Part shown: positions 26,655-40,554 of the stretch, piece by piece | Layout: every line of letters begins with the position of its first letter | Numbering within the stretch: the stretch's first letter is position 1 | Source of the DNA: Octopus vulgaris | Lineage: Eukaryota | Direction of reading: 5' to 3' | Assembly (NCBI GenBank): GCA_951406725.2 | Contig: OX597814.1 | Coordinates: 176,142,001 to 176,206,000, forward strand | DNA length: 64,000 nt | Translations under genes and position numbers: made by a program | Notes under the pieces: generated by a model | The model's database searches: none | What the model saw: the letters and a program-made list of their open reading frames with translations, nothing else | What the model was told of the DNA's origin: nothing

Positions 26655-27172
26655 GTGGCTGTTTTAGCATAGCCTTTCTTCCAAAATGCATCAGCTCAAA
26701 TTTTCTCTCGTTTAATTGTATTCTGTTTTCGTCTTCCCATTAGTTCACAGCATGTAGATCAGACTGGAGTTGAGTTCGGTCTTCTTCTCCATTGATAATT
26801 TTCTGAAGCTTGGAGTCAATCAGCGAATATTTTCACTTTGCTCTGTTTTATGACACTGGAAAGATCGTGTATATAGACTATAAAAAGGAGCGAGCCCAAG
26901 ACAGTCCTATGAGGGACACCACTGGTGACTTTTGCTGGGCTTCATTGGACTTCACTGATCACAACATGTTGTGTTCTGTTCTCCAGGAAACATTCAATCC
27001 AGTGTAGTCGGCTCTGTCGAACGCTTTACTGAAGTCAAGATACATGACATCAGAGCTCGAACTTGATCCCAAGGCTTTAAGGACATCATCGATGTGATAT
27101 AAGAGCTGTGTTAGACAGTTCCTGCTGCAGCGAAACCACAGTTTGAAATTTAGAAAATTGTGGTTCTCCAAA
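26655..27172 (-). mobile_element. CR1-like LINE reverse transcriptase fragment (pseudogenised)
   Basis: YLDFSKAFD, SGVPHRTVLGSLLFIVYIHDL (SGVPQGSVLGP-like), KIFAD/DSKL with a frameshift, LQSDL..W...N. Confidence 0.9.
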
Positions 27173-28019
27173 AGAGCTAATGTTGTATAATAAGTAGAAT
27201 ATATATAAAAAATATATATATATATATATATATATCAGTAAATATGTATATATCTGTGTGTACATGCATTCATACACACGCACACACACGCACACACACA
27301 CACACACTCACTTGTATATATGTTACGTTAATATTTTTGTCTGTGCATGCATAAAAAAATTATTGCTTAGATAAATTACGTATGGATTATTTTAAACATT
27401 GACTAGAAATAGATGAGCGTTAGAAAAGGAAAATAATCGTTGCCAGTGATTAATATACTCATTTTAGAGAGGAAACTTATGGGAGATAACTCTGGACATG
27501 TTTCGGTTCTTAGTCTAACATATTCAGTGATACATAAACTTTAAGCGAGGTTTTATACTTCACCGAAGTAGTGATGAATAAAATAAAACTCACTAGAATG
27601 TATATTTGTAGGCTTAGAGAAACAGAGATGCTTAGAAATGACAGAGCCTAAGGAACAAGTAACGAAGAGGTTACTGCCAAATTACGTCAACTGTCATCAA
27701 AATTGTCCGACTTCGAAAACTAGTGGTGGTGGGGGGGAGACAGAGGAAAAGAAAAAAGAAAAAATAGCATAACATATAACAAGGAACCTTATCAATCAAT
27801 GACAGCACTCGTTTACCCGAACGCAAACAATAACAAAAGAAGCCATAGTTACGATAACATTTCTGAGCTTATGTTATCAGTTTGTTTTGTTGTGGGGTAA
27901 TTTATTTATATATTTTTTTTGCATAAATTAATTCTTCATAGATTTTTTCATAATGGCACACCCCCACCCCACCCCACCCCACCCACATACAAACAGGCAC
28001 ACATACAAACACACACATA

Positions 28020-28575
<556 letters not shown>

Positions 28576-29182
28576 TTCTATTTTCTTAGATGTGTCGTAT
28601 TGTTTTCTTCATTTTGCTTATTTTTTGCTATAATTACCTTTGATTATGTCTTTTAATATTTTCTTTTACTCTTCCCAGATTTCCTTACATTTCTCAACTC
28701 TCCTCCACTCACTACTCACATTCCCACATTCGAATGAACAAAGACACTGGTTATTGCAGACGTATTTCAACATCTATATCTATGTATAACTATAGACCTA
28801 AGGCTTCATCATTTTGTAATTTTTATTGTCTGTTTGTTTGTTTTTCTTTTTCTTTTACTCTCAATGAGATACTGATTTGTTTATTGTTGTTGTTTTTTTA
28901 TCTCGAGGCAATTAATGACTTCGAAGTTGATAATGGACAGTGGTTATGATATAGAGAAGTGAAAATAAAATGGTTAACACAGTGTCGAAACCGAAACGTG
29001 AGCTTAACTGAACGGAACGAAAGTGTATATCTGTTCCTGTTCTGTCTCTCTTTCTCCACACACATACATACATACATACATATATATACACACATACATA
29101 TACATACATACATACATACATACATACATACATACATACATACATACATACATACATACATACATACATACATACATACATA

Positions 29183-29458
29183 CTTGAGGAATTAGATTTC
29201 TCAAAACCAGAAAGAAAAAAGCTGATTTGAAGACTACAGATCCAGTCATCACTGAAACTGTAAAAAATCTATAAAACCTTCTAGAAGTTTGTCATTTAAG
29301 TAAATATGAACATGCATGCAACTATATGCATGACAATAGATACATAAAACAAAACATGCAAATCTGCACCTATACATACCCTTTGAAGGGGCCTTGGATC
29401 TAGATTAGAAACCGGTTCTTTCTCTAGTGGCAAGAACTCTTGAAATATAACTAAATCA
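29183..29458 (+). mobile_element. 3' end of an R4/Dong-like LINE
   Basis: Homologous to 51850-52025; encodes FLKTRKK/KLI.RLQIQSSL-type terminus resembling the end of 49690-51545, then a 3' UTR with TAGAAACCGGTTCT. Confidence 0.7.
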
Positions 29459-29475
29459 TGACATATATATATATA

Positions 29476-29517
<42 letters not shown>

Positions 29518-29519
29518 CA

Positions 29520-29716
29520 TTCGCCATGCTGGATCTCTGAAATCTACAAGTTTGTTTTCATTCTCTCTCTGTTTATTTTCTCTTATTCCTTTCTGTTGAA
29601 GAGCCTAGGCTCGAAACGTAAAAGACTTTTTCATTTTCCCGAGCGTCAAACTAATACACTTGCTTGTTGTTCATACACCTGTCTTCGTCGTTTGTTTTTC
29701 TATAAATTTCAACTAT
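29520..29716 (+). mobile_element. Short element with minimal hammerhead-like motif, same family as 3552-3742
   Basis: CTTT-CTGTTGA-A-GAGC-CTAG-GCTC-GAAA-CG-TA-AAAG at 29589-29624 with stems I and II intact. Confidence 0.7.
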
Positions 29717-30726
29717 GTATATAGATGGATGGATTGATGGATGATTTGATATAAAGCCGAATTGCTAACTCAGCTGACGAAAATTTAGAATTGTTCTGTA
29801 CACACCGCTTTTCAGTATAATAATGTGGGGTTGGTATACAAGGTTTTACATTTACGAGGCAGGAAAACGGGAAAACAAAGATGTCGAGATATGAATGACT
29901 TTGGCAGGAGTTGTATGAAGGACGTGAATGAAGTGAAGTGATTTTAACGGAGTGATCGAATCCAGATTACTTATTTCGACCCTCAAGAAACAATTGTCTT
30001 CGCCTTAGGCTCACTGTGTTTTATTTATAGTAAATTGGTATATAAGATATAATATCTGTACCATATCTAGGAAGCAGAGAAATGGCAGATTTCTCGAAAC
30101 TGAGTCCCGATATTACTTGGCCAGGAATATATTTCTATCCGATAAGTTAATTAAACAGAGCTGCTAATAAACAAAGAACCTATGTCGTCACCTGACATAT
30201 TAAAACTAAGCTTGCCTCCAGTCACATCGTTCTGTTTTAATCTAGGAAGTACACATTCGAGAAACTACCTTTGAAGAAAAGACAAATTAATCAAAGCTGG
30301 AATACCGGTAATTATATACCTGATTTTATTGTTTTCTAGATCTGGAGAAGGTGGTAATCGTGACCTCTTAAATGCTCTCCAAGATAAGTGAGATTGATGT
30401 CGTTAATGTCCCTCATTAATCACTGCAAGTCAACATCTTCGTCAAAGGTATGAATAGGGAGGGAGTTCAAAGAGGCACACGTTCTAAGAAGGAAAAATTA
30501 ATAAATGTGGTTTGTGGGAAACAAAAATTAAACACAAGTGTAATGAAAGAGAGACAAGTAGCTTGAAAATGTTTGAGAGAAGGTATGAGTTCATTCAGTA
30601 TGAGGAACAATGTATTTACTTATATGTTGCTACAGATGCAGACAGACACTCGTTTCGACATAACGTGACACTTCAGTACAGAGCATTACATTATATTTGT
30701 AGAATTCAGAAGGAAAATAAAATTAG

Positions 30727-31117
<391 letters not shown>

Positions 31118-31440
31118 ATATATATATATATATATATATATCGCTTTTACTTATTTCTTACCCCATAGTAATTTCAAGAAACAAATTTTTTCAGTGACTT
31201 ATCTCCCCTACAGAGATTGAATGAATATTATCATATATAAATATTGCCTTTACTTTATAAGTATATCAAGGTGAAATTAATGGCATCATGAGGTTTGGAC
31301 AAATTTAAGCAAACAAACAATTGTTTATATTTGCCCAAACGTCTCACAGCATGAGTTAAATGTATAACATTAATGTAGATTTAAAATATATATTTATACA
31401 TACATACATATGTACAAGTTCACACAAGCACACAGACACA

Positions 31441-31519
<79 letters not shown>

Positions 31520-31524
<5 letters not shown>

Positions 31525-31792
31525 CATATAACAATAATATTAGGGAATATAACTCCAAATTTACAGGGATAAATTCAATTTAGTATTTAAATCAAATTTC
31601 ACAGTATAAATATATAATAAAACCACTATTATGCAACTCAAACATTGATAGACATAAACCAACACATAAATAACAAATAATATATATTTTTATAAAACAT
31701 ATAACTTATAACTCTAGTTATATGTATTGGTTTATGTCTATCAATGTTTTAGTTGCATAATAGTGGTTTTATCTCTAATTTATATTTTATAC
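31520..31792. repeat. (TA)n-embedded element with inverted arms (about 31604-31675 and 31717-31792)
   Basis: TAAAACCACTATTATGCAACTCAAACATTGATAGACATAAACCAA mirrored by TTGGTTTATGTCTATCAATGTTTTAGTTGCATAATAGTGGTTTTA. Confidence 0.85.
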
Positions 31793-31939
31793 ATATATAT
31801 ATATATATTATATATATATATACATACATATACGTACACGACAGGCTTCTTCCAGTTTCAAATCCACTCATAAGGCTATAGTAGCAAAAACCTGCCCAAG
31901 GTGCCACGCAAGCAACTTACCACACGGCCACTCTTGTGC

Positions 31940-31973
<34 letters not shown>

Positions 31974-33426
31974 CGTAAGTATATTTGTCACTTAAATGTG
32001 GCTAACCACTAAGGGTGGATGCTACTGTAGCTTGTAGCGCCAGGAGAACTTCTTCTCCAGCTGGCTATTGACACACTTTCTGTGCCCTATCAGTATTTGC
32101 AAAGGGAAGCCATCCTTCACACCGTCGACCTGATGTGATACGCACGGACCCGAGTTTCTGGGTATTTACCCGTCGTCAGCGTACGACAATCACCAGTCTT
32201 CGATTCATACCTCGTTCAGAGATATATTTTATAAAGATATATATATATATATATACGCACACGTGCGCGCTGGTTGAAAGGAATCTGTTTAGAGATCGAG
32301 TCACATCAAAGTGAAGCAGTGAAGCACACCACACTTGATGGCTAGACAGTATAACACAAATCAGCAGATTAACATTAGTAAAGAGTTCATCAATGAAGGG
32401 AAGATCATTAGTGTTCGTTAATCTGCAAATCCAAGAGTATCCAAAAGAAAGCGGAACCTTCAGCGTGGTGCCATATAATAATAAAAACAAACGAATTGAT
32501 TATAGGATGTTTTATTATGATTAACATTGTACATTCAGTTACGTAAAACATGCAATAACCTTAAAATGATGTAATACATTATTACATAGTAACCCACATT
32601 ATCAAGCAACCATCTGGTGTCAATATTTGATATGTCACCTGACCGACATGTTCAACGGCACATACGTCGTTGACCCTGCTACCGGGCTATGCTATCCAGC
32701 GGCACGTCGATATATTCTCTTATGGAACACAGTGCAGTTTGAAGATTTGAGAGGTTCACTACTGTTTTCTTCAGTATCCTATCAATGTTGCGCTTCATAC
32801 ATACCTACCTGTACGATGTTACAATGTAATAAAATCTCTTAACGAAACTATTATAGCGATAGTGTAGAAGTATGAACCATTTGTTTTCTTTTATTGTTGT
32901 GTATGCGCAAGGGTGGGGTTAATCGCTAATTTCAAGTCTTCTAACTTTATATTTATACCAAGTTATGTTCACTGCTTTGGTAAGACAGGACATTTTCGGC
33001 TTTCTTGTATGTCACAGTCACTTAATATTTATCCCCTCGTGATCAACTGCTATTTATAGCTACACTTTATAAGAACCCATTTTTCTTTTTTTACTCCGGC
33101 TGAAGAAGCGAGTAGTCGCAGCAACGTGTAGATATCATACCAAGTTACTATAAGATAAACATACTTCTATTATATTTATATCGGGCTATTAGATATCTAT
33201 CCTTTCTATTGATTTATTTCACTGAAGACACCCTTCGTAGCCTCAGCGTATACGTAATTAATTGTAGAATAATTTCAGTGAATACATGCTTCGATTAGTC
33301 GGATTAACATGGTGATTATTCACCTCGATAACTACATTTGAACTAAGCACAGATACTCATTTAGCATTATAATGTGTTTATATCTATCTATCTATCTATC
33401 CATCCATCCATCCATCCATCTATCCA

Positions 33427-33474
<48 letters not shown>

Positions 33475-33852
33475 TTTTCACATCGTGTGTAGCTTGTATA
33501 TAAATATATATATATACGTTTATGTTGTTGTTGTTGTTGTTGTTGTTGCGTGTGTGTGTGATAGCCGGTTTGAGTGGCGGATGTCTACGTGTATTTCCAA
33601 TATAGACTTTAATTAAAATTTTGTCATCTTAGGGTTTTTATTTATTTGACACCGGTACATTTTGAAACGTTGTTGTCTTAGGGTTGCTTTTTGGTGTTTG
33701 TTTGTTTTTTTATTTGTTGTCTTACTTTTCATTTGACACCGGTACATCTTGAAACGTAGTTGTTTAGTGTTTGTCCTTACATTAAAATGTAAATGTTTGC
33801 GAGTATTTCTGTACTGATCTAGAGCTTTCTTATTATAAAAGAGAAAGCAAAG

Positions 33853-33923
<71 letters not shown>

Positions 33924-33925
33924 AA
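33853..33925. repeat. (AGAA)n microsatellite
   Basis: Direct. Confidence 0.97.
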
Positions 33926-34375
33926 TTAATGTAGCTTGAAGGGATTTGTAGTATTTGAACGATTCATTCCGTTGGCGTAAAGTATTAAGGGAATTAATTA
34001 AAAGATTAATGTATTTTTTCTTGCATGGATAATATCCTAAATGTAGCTGAAATTGTAAAGGGCAAAGATTATTGTAAAAGTCATATTTTTGCTCCACATT
34101 TCCATATACTTTAATTGATAAAGAAATGCTTGCATCTGAAATATTAATGACTTTTTTCAGAGTATTTTATTATAATTTTATCCAATTCGTAATTACATTT
34201 TTTTTTTTTCGCTATTTGATCTTTTGGTTGGTGTTTATTGACAAAAACAAACAAAAACGCCATTTTGAAATATATTTAATTAAATCCAATCAATCAAACA
34301 ATATTTTATTCATTTGTAAAAAAACAAATAAGTAATGTAAAAATGGCGACGCATAACTGGTAATATCTGTACAGT

Positions 34376-34426
<51 letters not shown>

Positions 34427-34814
34427 AGAGAGAGAGAGACGTATATAATGCTTTATGATGTTTGATTATGTCGCTTTATGATTTAAGTTCGATTTTCTAA
34501 TTACTCGGAGGTCGATTTTTACCTTTTCATCCTTCAAGAATTGATGAAATTAACAATCGAATCAAGTACTAACTTGAGATAAGAGATAAAGGGTTTTAAT
34601 CTTAGTCAACTGTGTTCTCCCTCGAAATTAATATCCTTGTGTCAATATCATGAATAAACATTTTCCTTGTTTAAGACGAGTTCACTTTAGTGTGGCGAGT
34701 GATTTCATTATTATTAAGACTCGTAAGGTCAGTCACCCGGTCTCCATGGCATATAAATTATCGAGATCACAACATTCCACTGAATAGAACATTGGTCCGT
34801 TGCAGGATTCGAGG

Positions 34815-35010
34815 CCAGCGATTTTGAGGAGAAAGGACCGAGTCAGTCGTATCGCCACCAGTACTTGGCTGATTCTTTATTTTATCAACTCCGAAAGGAT
34901 GAAAGGCAATGTTGACCCCGACAAGATCAGAACTCTGAACGTAAAGTGCCGGAAGAAATGCTGCCGAGCTTTTGGTTCGACCTACTACTAATCATTTGGT
35001 TTGTCGCCTT
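34815..35010 (-). mobile_element. Diverged SINE family B
   Basis: TTTTATCAACTCCGAAAGGATGAAAGGCAATGTTGACC...GAACTCTGAACGT. Confidence 0.7.
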
Positions 35011-35257
35011 GTGGTGAATGACAGAAGAGTTCAATAGTTCTGCGGTTTGAGAAGTTCGTTGATGACCCAGACCTAAAACAAGACATGGACACTATCCACC
35101 AAACTGGCAAAACTCTAGTTAATAATCATGCAATGCTTTTCCTTCTAGATATTAGATCGGTGATTTATACTTTTATATTCAACCTATTTGCGGTTTAGTG
35201 AACTGAAAGAGTTTAAGAATCTTAACTGTAGACACGTTGCAGCATCAAACAGTGGTC

Positions 35258-35701
35258 GGATTTTTCGGTTTGAACGGCAGTATTTTCTAGCGGTCCATAT
35301 TATATTGTCACCCATAATTACGACCCTAGTATCGATCTATTGCATTTCAATCTGTTTTAGGGTTAGGGTTAGTTAGGATTAGTTAGGGTTAGGGTTAGGG
35401 GTGGGGGGAAGGGTATCTGTTTTTCTTCACAAATGTAAATAAGCCCAATCTGTTTCTTAAACGAGAGACATATTCATACGGCACAGAATGTTTTTTTTAC
35501 CTCAATAGACGTCAGTGATTGGTTGAAATTGCAGAAATGGAAGAAAAAAACACAACAAATATCTTACAAACTATAGAATTTTCTCAATAAAGCCAAGAGA
35601 AAAAGATGTTTTATAAACACATTCTACCAGTATACGAAGTTTAAAATTTTTTAGTTACCTAAAAATTATGTTAAAAACTGCCGTTCAAACCGAAAAAATC
35701 C
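35258..35701. mobile_element. Non-autonomous DNA transposon with 8-bp TSD and internal TTAGGG repeats
   Basis: TIRs GGATTTTTCGGTTTGAACGGCAGT / ACTGCCGTTCAAACCGAAAAAATCC; TSD CAGTGGTC / CAGTGGCC; TTAGGG units at about 35357-35400. Confidence 0.9.
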
Positions 35702-36324
35702 CAGTGGCCTATTAACTGCAATATGGACAGTGTATCGACTTGAATATTTCTGGTTATCAATACTATAGGCTAATTTTTGCCTTTTCTTTTTCCTGGAGTC
35801 GATAAAATAAAGTACCAGTCCAGCTAATGAGATCAATTTAACTTAATAATAACCACACACTTACCACCTAACGCACGCAGACATACGTTTGCGGAAAATA
35901 TACTCGTCATAGATGTGCGCGAGTGGTATACTTGTCATAATAAAAACTTTAAAACGTCGAGAAATAAAATGAAAGCCTAGACAATAACTGCATGATAAAA
36001 TTTAGGTTCCAGAACAATTAAAGCTTCTGGCAGTACAAAGGACTCAATTTCTAGATATAACCATTTACATAGAAAATAAAGAGATACATATGTATATGCT
36101 TACATAAAAACAACAAATAGATACATAAACTTATATGGAAACAGTATATGTCCACACATACAAAATATCATTGGTAATATCCTTATTTGGAAGGGCATTC
36201 AGATTCTCCCCGTTTAAACGAATCCCTTGTTAAAGGAATTCACAGAGCAGCCTTGATTAAGCGAACTTATTTATGATTGATGACATTCTAGACGTGATCA
36301 TTCCGACTTTTTTTTGTCTTTTAG

Positions 36325-36580
36325 TGAAGGTAAGTGGTCTGCTGATTAGTGCGTGAACCTCGCAATCGTAAGATTATGGTTTCGATTCCTTGGCTGGGTG
36401 GTGTGCCGCGTTTTTGAGCAAATCGAATCATTTCATGTTACCTCGATCCACTCAGCTGTAAATGAGTTTCAACAGTAACTGGGAGGTTAACCCGATGACA
36501 CTAGTGTCACATCTGGGGAGATGTGTTCTGATCTCAGTCATGTACTGCAGGTTAAGCTCCGACCTTACAAGCCCTTGGAC
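36325..36580 (+). mobile_element. Decayed SINE related to family D
   Basis: ATCGTAAGATTATGGTTTCGATTCCT...TCCACTCAGCTG match the 24657-24915 element. Confidence 0.6.
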
Positions 36581-36594
36581 TTAAGTCTAAATTT

Positions 36595-37028
36595 GGATCT
36601 TTTCGGTTTGAACGGCAGTTTTTTCTAGCGGTGTCATATGAAATTGTCACCCATAATTTTGGCCCTAGAATTGATGTATTGCATTTCAATCTCTTTTAGG
36701 GTTAGGGTTAGTTAGGGTTAGGGTTAGGGGTGGGGGAAGGGTATCTTTTTTTCTTCACAAATGTAAATAAACCCAATCTGTTTCTTAAACGAGGGACATA
36801 TTCATACGGCACAGAATATTTTTTTTACTTCAATGGACGTCATTTATCGGTTGAAATTGCAGAAATTGAAGAAAAAAGACAACAAATATCTTACAAACTA
36901 TAGAATTTTCTCAATAAAGCCAAGAGAAAAAGATGTTTTATAAACACATTCTACCAGTATACGAAGTTTAAAATCTTTTAGTTACCTAGAAATTATGTTA
37001 AAAACTGCCGTTCAAACCTAAAAGATCC
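36595..37028. mobile_element. Second copy of the TTAGGG-bearing non-autonomous DNA transposon
   Basis: Perfect TSD CTAAATTT (36587-36594, 37029-37036); TIR GGATCTTTTCGGTTTGAACGGCAGTTTTT; collinear with 35258-35701. Confidence 0.93.
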
Positions 37029-38067
37029 CTAAATTTTATTCTTTTAGACATAATGTATCAGTGTGTTCTTTGTTAAGACGTTGAGATATCTTTTAAGGGA
37101 TTACTGCAATTGCTACTAACTCAAGCGACGGTCTAAATGCGTCCTTGTTGCTACTGTTACCATAGTTTAGCCCCCAAGTTATCCCTGGTCGAGCAGGATA
37201 GCCTGATCATTGCACTTCGGTGATGATCAATCCGTGTTCGTCCCTAGACGCGATGCACTCAGGATCACAATGCAATGTGTCTTTCTATTATAATATAATG
37301 TAGTGTGAATGAAATTTAACTGGTATTTCTAGCAAGCCGAGCAACCACGTAATGGCTTCCGTGTTGGCTTGTCGAATTATACACCGGATTGTGGCTTTGG
37401 TTGTGGTAGCAGGAGGGATGCCTTAGTTTCCTTCGTGTCTTTTTATCTAGTCTTACTTAAGCCATTCGTAAACGTAAAATAAATATAAGAATTGGAAATA
37501 CCTAACAAACGAACAACAACTCATCAAAAAAATTATCTTAGACTCTTCTTTTTCTTAAGATTTTGTTTTGTTTTGGAAGTCGAACGAAACAAAACAACCA
37601 AAAAGAAAAGAAAATTTTAAAAATATATAAATATATAAAACAAGAGTTTTGATGTAAAAACAAAGCGCTAAAAGTTGTACTTGTTATCGCTATTATTGTC
37701 GTTGCTTGTGTTCTAGTAGTTGATGATGATTATGATGGTAGTAGTGGTGGGGTGAGTCGGTTAGCGCTTTCATTTTATATGATTTGTTTTGTTGTTTTTG
37801 TTCTATTGCGTTGTATTCTCAGGCAAAAAGAAACAAACTACATAATTCGACAAAAAAAAAATAATAATAAAAATTCAAAAGATCAATAAAACTGCAGTGT
37901 TTTGCTTAACAAATATATAGAACAGTGTTCGAAGTAGTTCAGACTTAATCTATAGTTGAATGTGTTCCATTTTGAATATGATTTTGTTGCTCTTATGGCT
38001 GTTGTTCTTGTTGTTGGCTATTTTGTTGTGTTTTTAGTTCTTGTTCTGTTCTCGTTGTTCTTATTTA

Positions 38068-38469
38068 TAGTACACACACACATACACACACGCATGTGTG
38101 TTTGTGTATTTATGTATTTATAATGTATGTGAGTGTATGTGTGTGCATATTTTATATATGTATATATATATATGTATAGTATATATTCATATAATGCGAT
38201 ATATGTAATGCGCACATACATACAGTTATACATGTTTGATATATATATATATATACGTATGTGTATACGTATGTATGTGTATGTGTATATATATATGTGT
38301 GTATGTATATGTATTTATATATGTCTGTATGTATGTGTATGTGTATATATATATGTATATATATATACACATATATATATATACACATATATATATACAC
38401 ACACATATATATATACATATGCACACATATATATATACATATATACATATACATGTATAAATATTCATA

Positions 38470-38527
<58 letters not shown>

Positions 38528-38652
38528 CATATATATACACATATATATATATATATACATATGCACACATATATACATATATATACATATACATGTATAT
38601 ATATTCATATACGTGTCTGTGTGTAAGAGAGTGAGAGAGAGAGAGAAGAGAT
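38068..38652. repeat. Large degenerate (TA)n/(TG)n/(CA)n microsatellite
   Basis: Direct. Confidence 0.95.
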
Positions 38653-39808
38653 AGCGTTTGCGTATTTATATAAATATGCGTGCCTCCGTGTCCGTGTTCG
38701 TGTATGTGTTCGCTTGCCTTTGTATCAACCCAAACTTCCTCTTTTAAGAGATATCGTTACGACCCTGCATCAACAAATACTTAATAAAATGCTATATCTA
38801 TTTTTTACGTATGGGTAACAATTATGTATCGCGAGGAATAAAATAAATTCTCGGTCACTTACTTTGGCAGGCTGGTTTCAATTAGCCTTTGAAGACAATT
38901 TGTTTTTGTTTATGTAAAACCTTTGAGGTTTTACATAACTTTGGCCACATCCCTTCTAAAACATTTCCGTCTCTCTACTTTTTTTTTTCAATCGTTTAGT
39001 CAGAAGGAAAGGGACAGTTTCCCATGACCTTCACAGGCCCTCCAAGGTTGGTGAGATTGATAACAATTTTAGTATGAATGCTTATAAGTCGACCTCCGCA
39101 GTAAAATGTATTTTGATAGTAGTCACTTCAAAGAAGAGCGAGAATGAAAGAAAAATAGATCTAAAGGCGGGATTATGAGCTCTAAACGTACAGGAAGATA
39201 AGGAAATATTTGAAACCATCTAATCATATATCCTCTACAGTTTCTGCTATTTACCGCACTGACACGGTTAATATTGGTTTCTTACATTGGTCGGTACAGG
39301 GTCATAAATTTTGAGAGAATGGTGCAGTTGATCAAACTGAACCCATTATTAACTGGTACTTACTTTATGAACCCCACTTCTAGGAGTATGAAAGCAAAGT
39401 TGCATTCGGTGGAAAGTGAACACAGAACGTAAAGGGCCGCAGTTAAATAGCGTGAGGAATGTTGTCCGTTTCTCATTGCTCTCTGGTAATTCATTTCCCT
39501 GACAATGCATCGAATAACTACACATTTGTGGAGAACTTGGCAAACCGAAAGGAAAATTAGATTTAGCAATGGACCATAAACTATAGCTTCGGCTTACAAT
39601 AAAATACTTTCTAAGAGTTAGCACAACACCACACATTTGTTTACAGTGATTGAATCAATATATATAGCAGCAACTAGCTAAGGGAAACTACCTCAGAGGA
39701 GTGCTTTGTATACTAAATACACTTATGGCAGGGTCTCACATATGTAATTTAGTGAGTTGAAAAACTTCAATCCACTACCCACGTATCACGAACTCTTTTC
39801 CTCTCCCT

Positions 39809-39852
<44 letters not shown>

Positions 39853-40048
39853 CCTCTCTTAGCATAAATTACAAATTTTACTGCAGTTCGATTTCGACTC
39901 AAATCTTTGGAGGACGAAACTAAATACTGAAAGATATTTAGTTTTGGTCTTGCCTTCTTGTATTTGTACACTTTTAATGACTGGAGATCACCGTGAAACA
40001 ACAATTTTTCACATCTGTACAGAACAAAGTTAAAGGTAAATTATTTGA

Positions 40049-40554
40049 GGTTACTTTTTCGTTTACTTTTCAATTTCTAAAAACCCAAATGTTGGCTAAA
40101 GACTTTTATAATGTAATCAGCAACGAGACAGAGATAGTTACCTTTTTACGAAAAAAATGGCCTTTTAGAAAACGTTACCTCATGACATCGTTGTGGAGAA
40201 ATGAAGAAAGCTCGACGAAAAGGGAAAAACGGTGAAATTTTGCCAACTTTATGTGGCAAAACTCAAAAACTTGCTTATTTTAATTATATTATTTATCCTT
40301 GGTTCCTTATTAGTATTTACTGAGACATAAATGAAACATGGTTTTGTTGTTATTAAAACAATAAGAATTTTGAAAAAATACATTTACAATGCTAACTATG
40401 TACAAAAGAATTTATAAAAAATTTGAATAGCAATTTGATAAGAGAGATGAAATATAAATTTTAATAATTTTACTGATGAAGAGCGAACATCTGCTAGAAA
40501 CGCAAAAATATCTTAAGGGTTTTTAGAAATTGAAAAGTAAACTAAAGACTAACC
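40049..40554 (+). mobile_element. Internally deleted DNA transposon with about 38-bp TIRs, possibly Merlin/ISXO2-like
   Basis: GGTTACTTTTTCGTTTACTTTTCAATTTCTAAAAACCC versus GGGTTTTTAGAAATTGAAAAGTAAACTAAAGACTAACC; ATG just inside the left TIR gives MLAKDFYNVISNETEIVTFLRK; no clear TSD; superfamily is inference. Confidence 0.65.

Noticed and set aside
33099-33130. CTGAAGA-AGCGA-GTAG-TCGC hairpin
   Set aside because: GAAA box absent (AGCAAC follows); too degenerate to call.
35357-35410. True telomere or chromosome fusion site (also 36696-36737, 46671-46755)
   Set aside because: Only a few units, each inside a TSD-flanked transposon.
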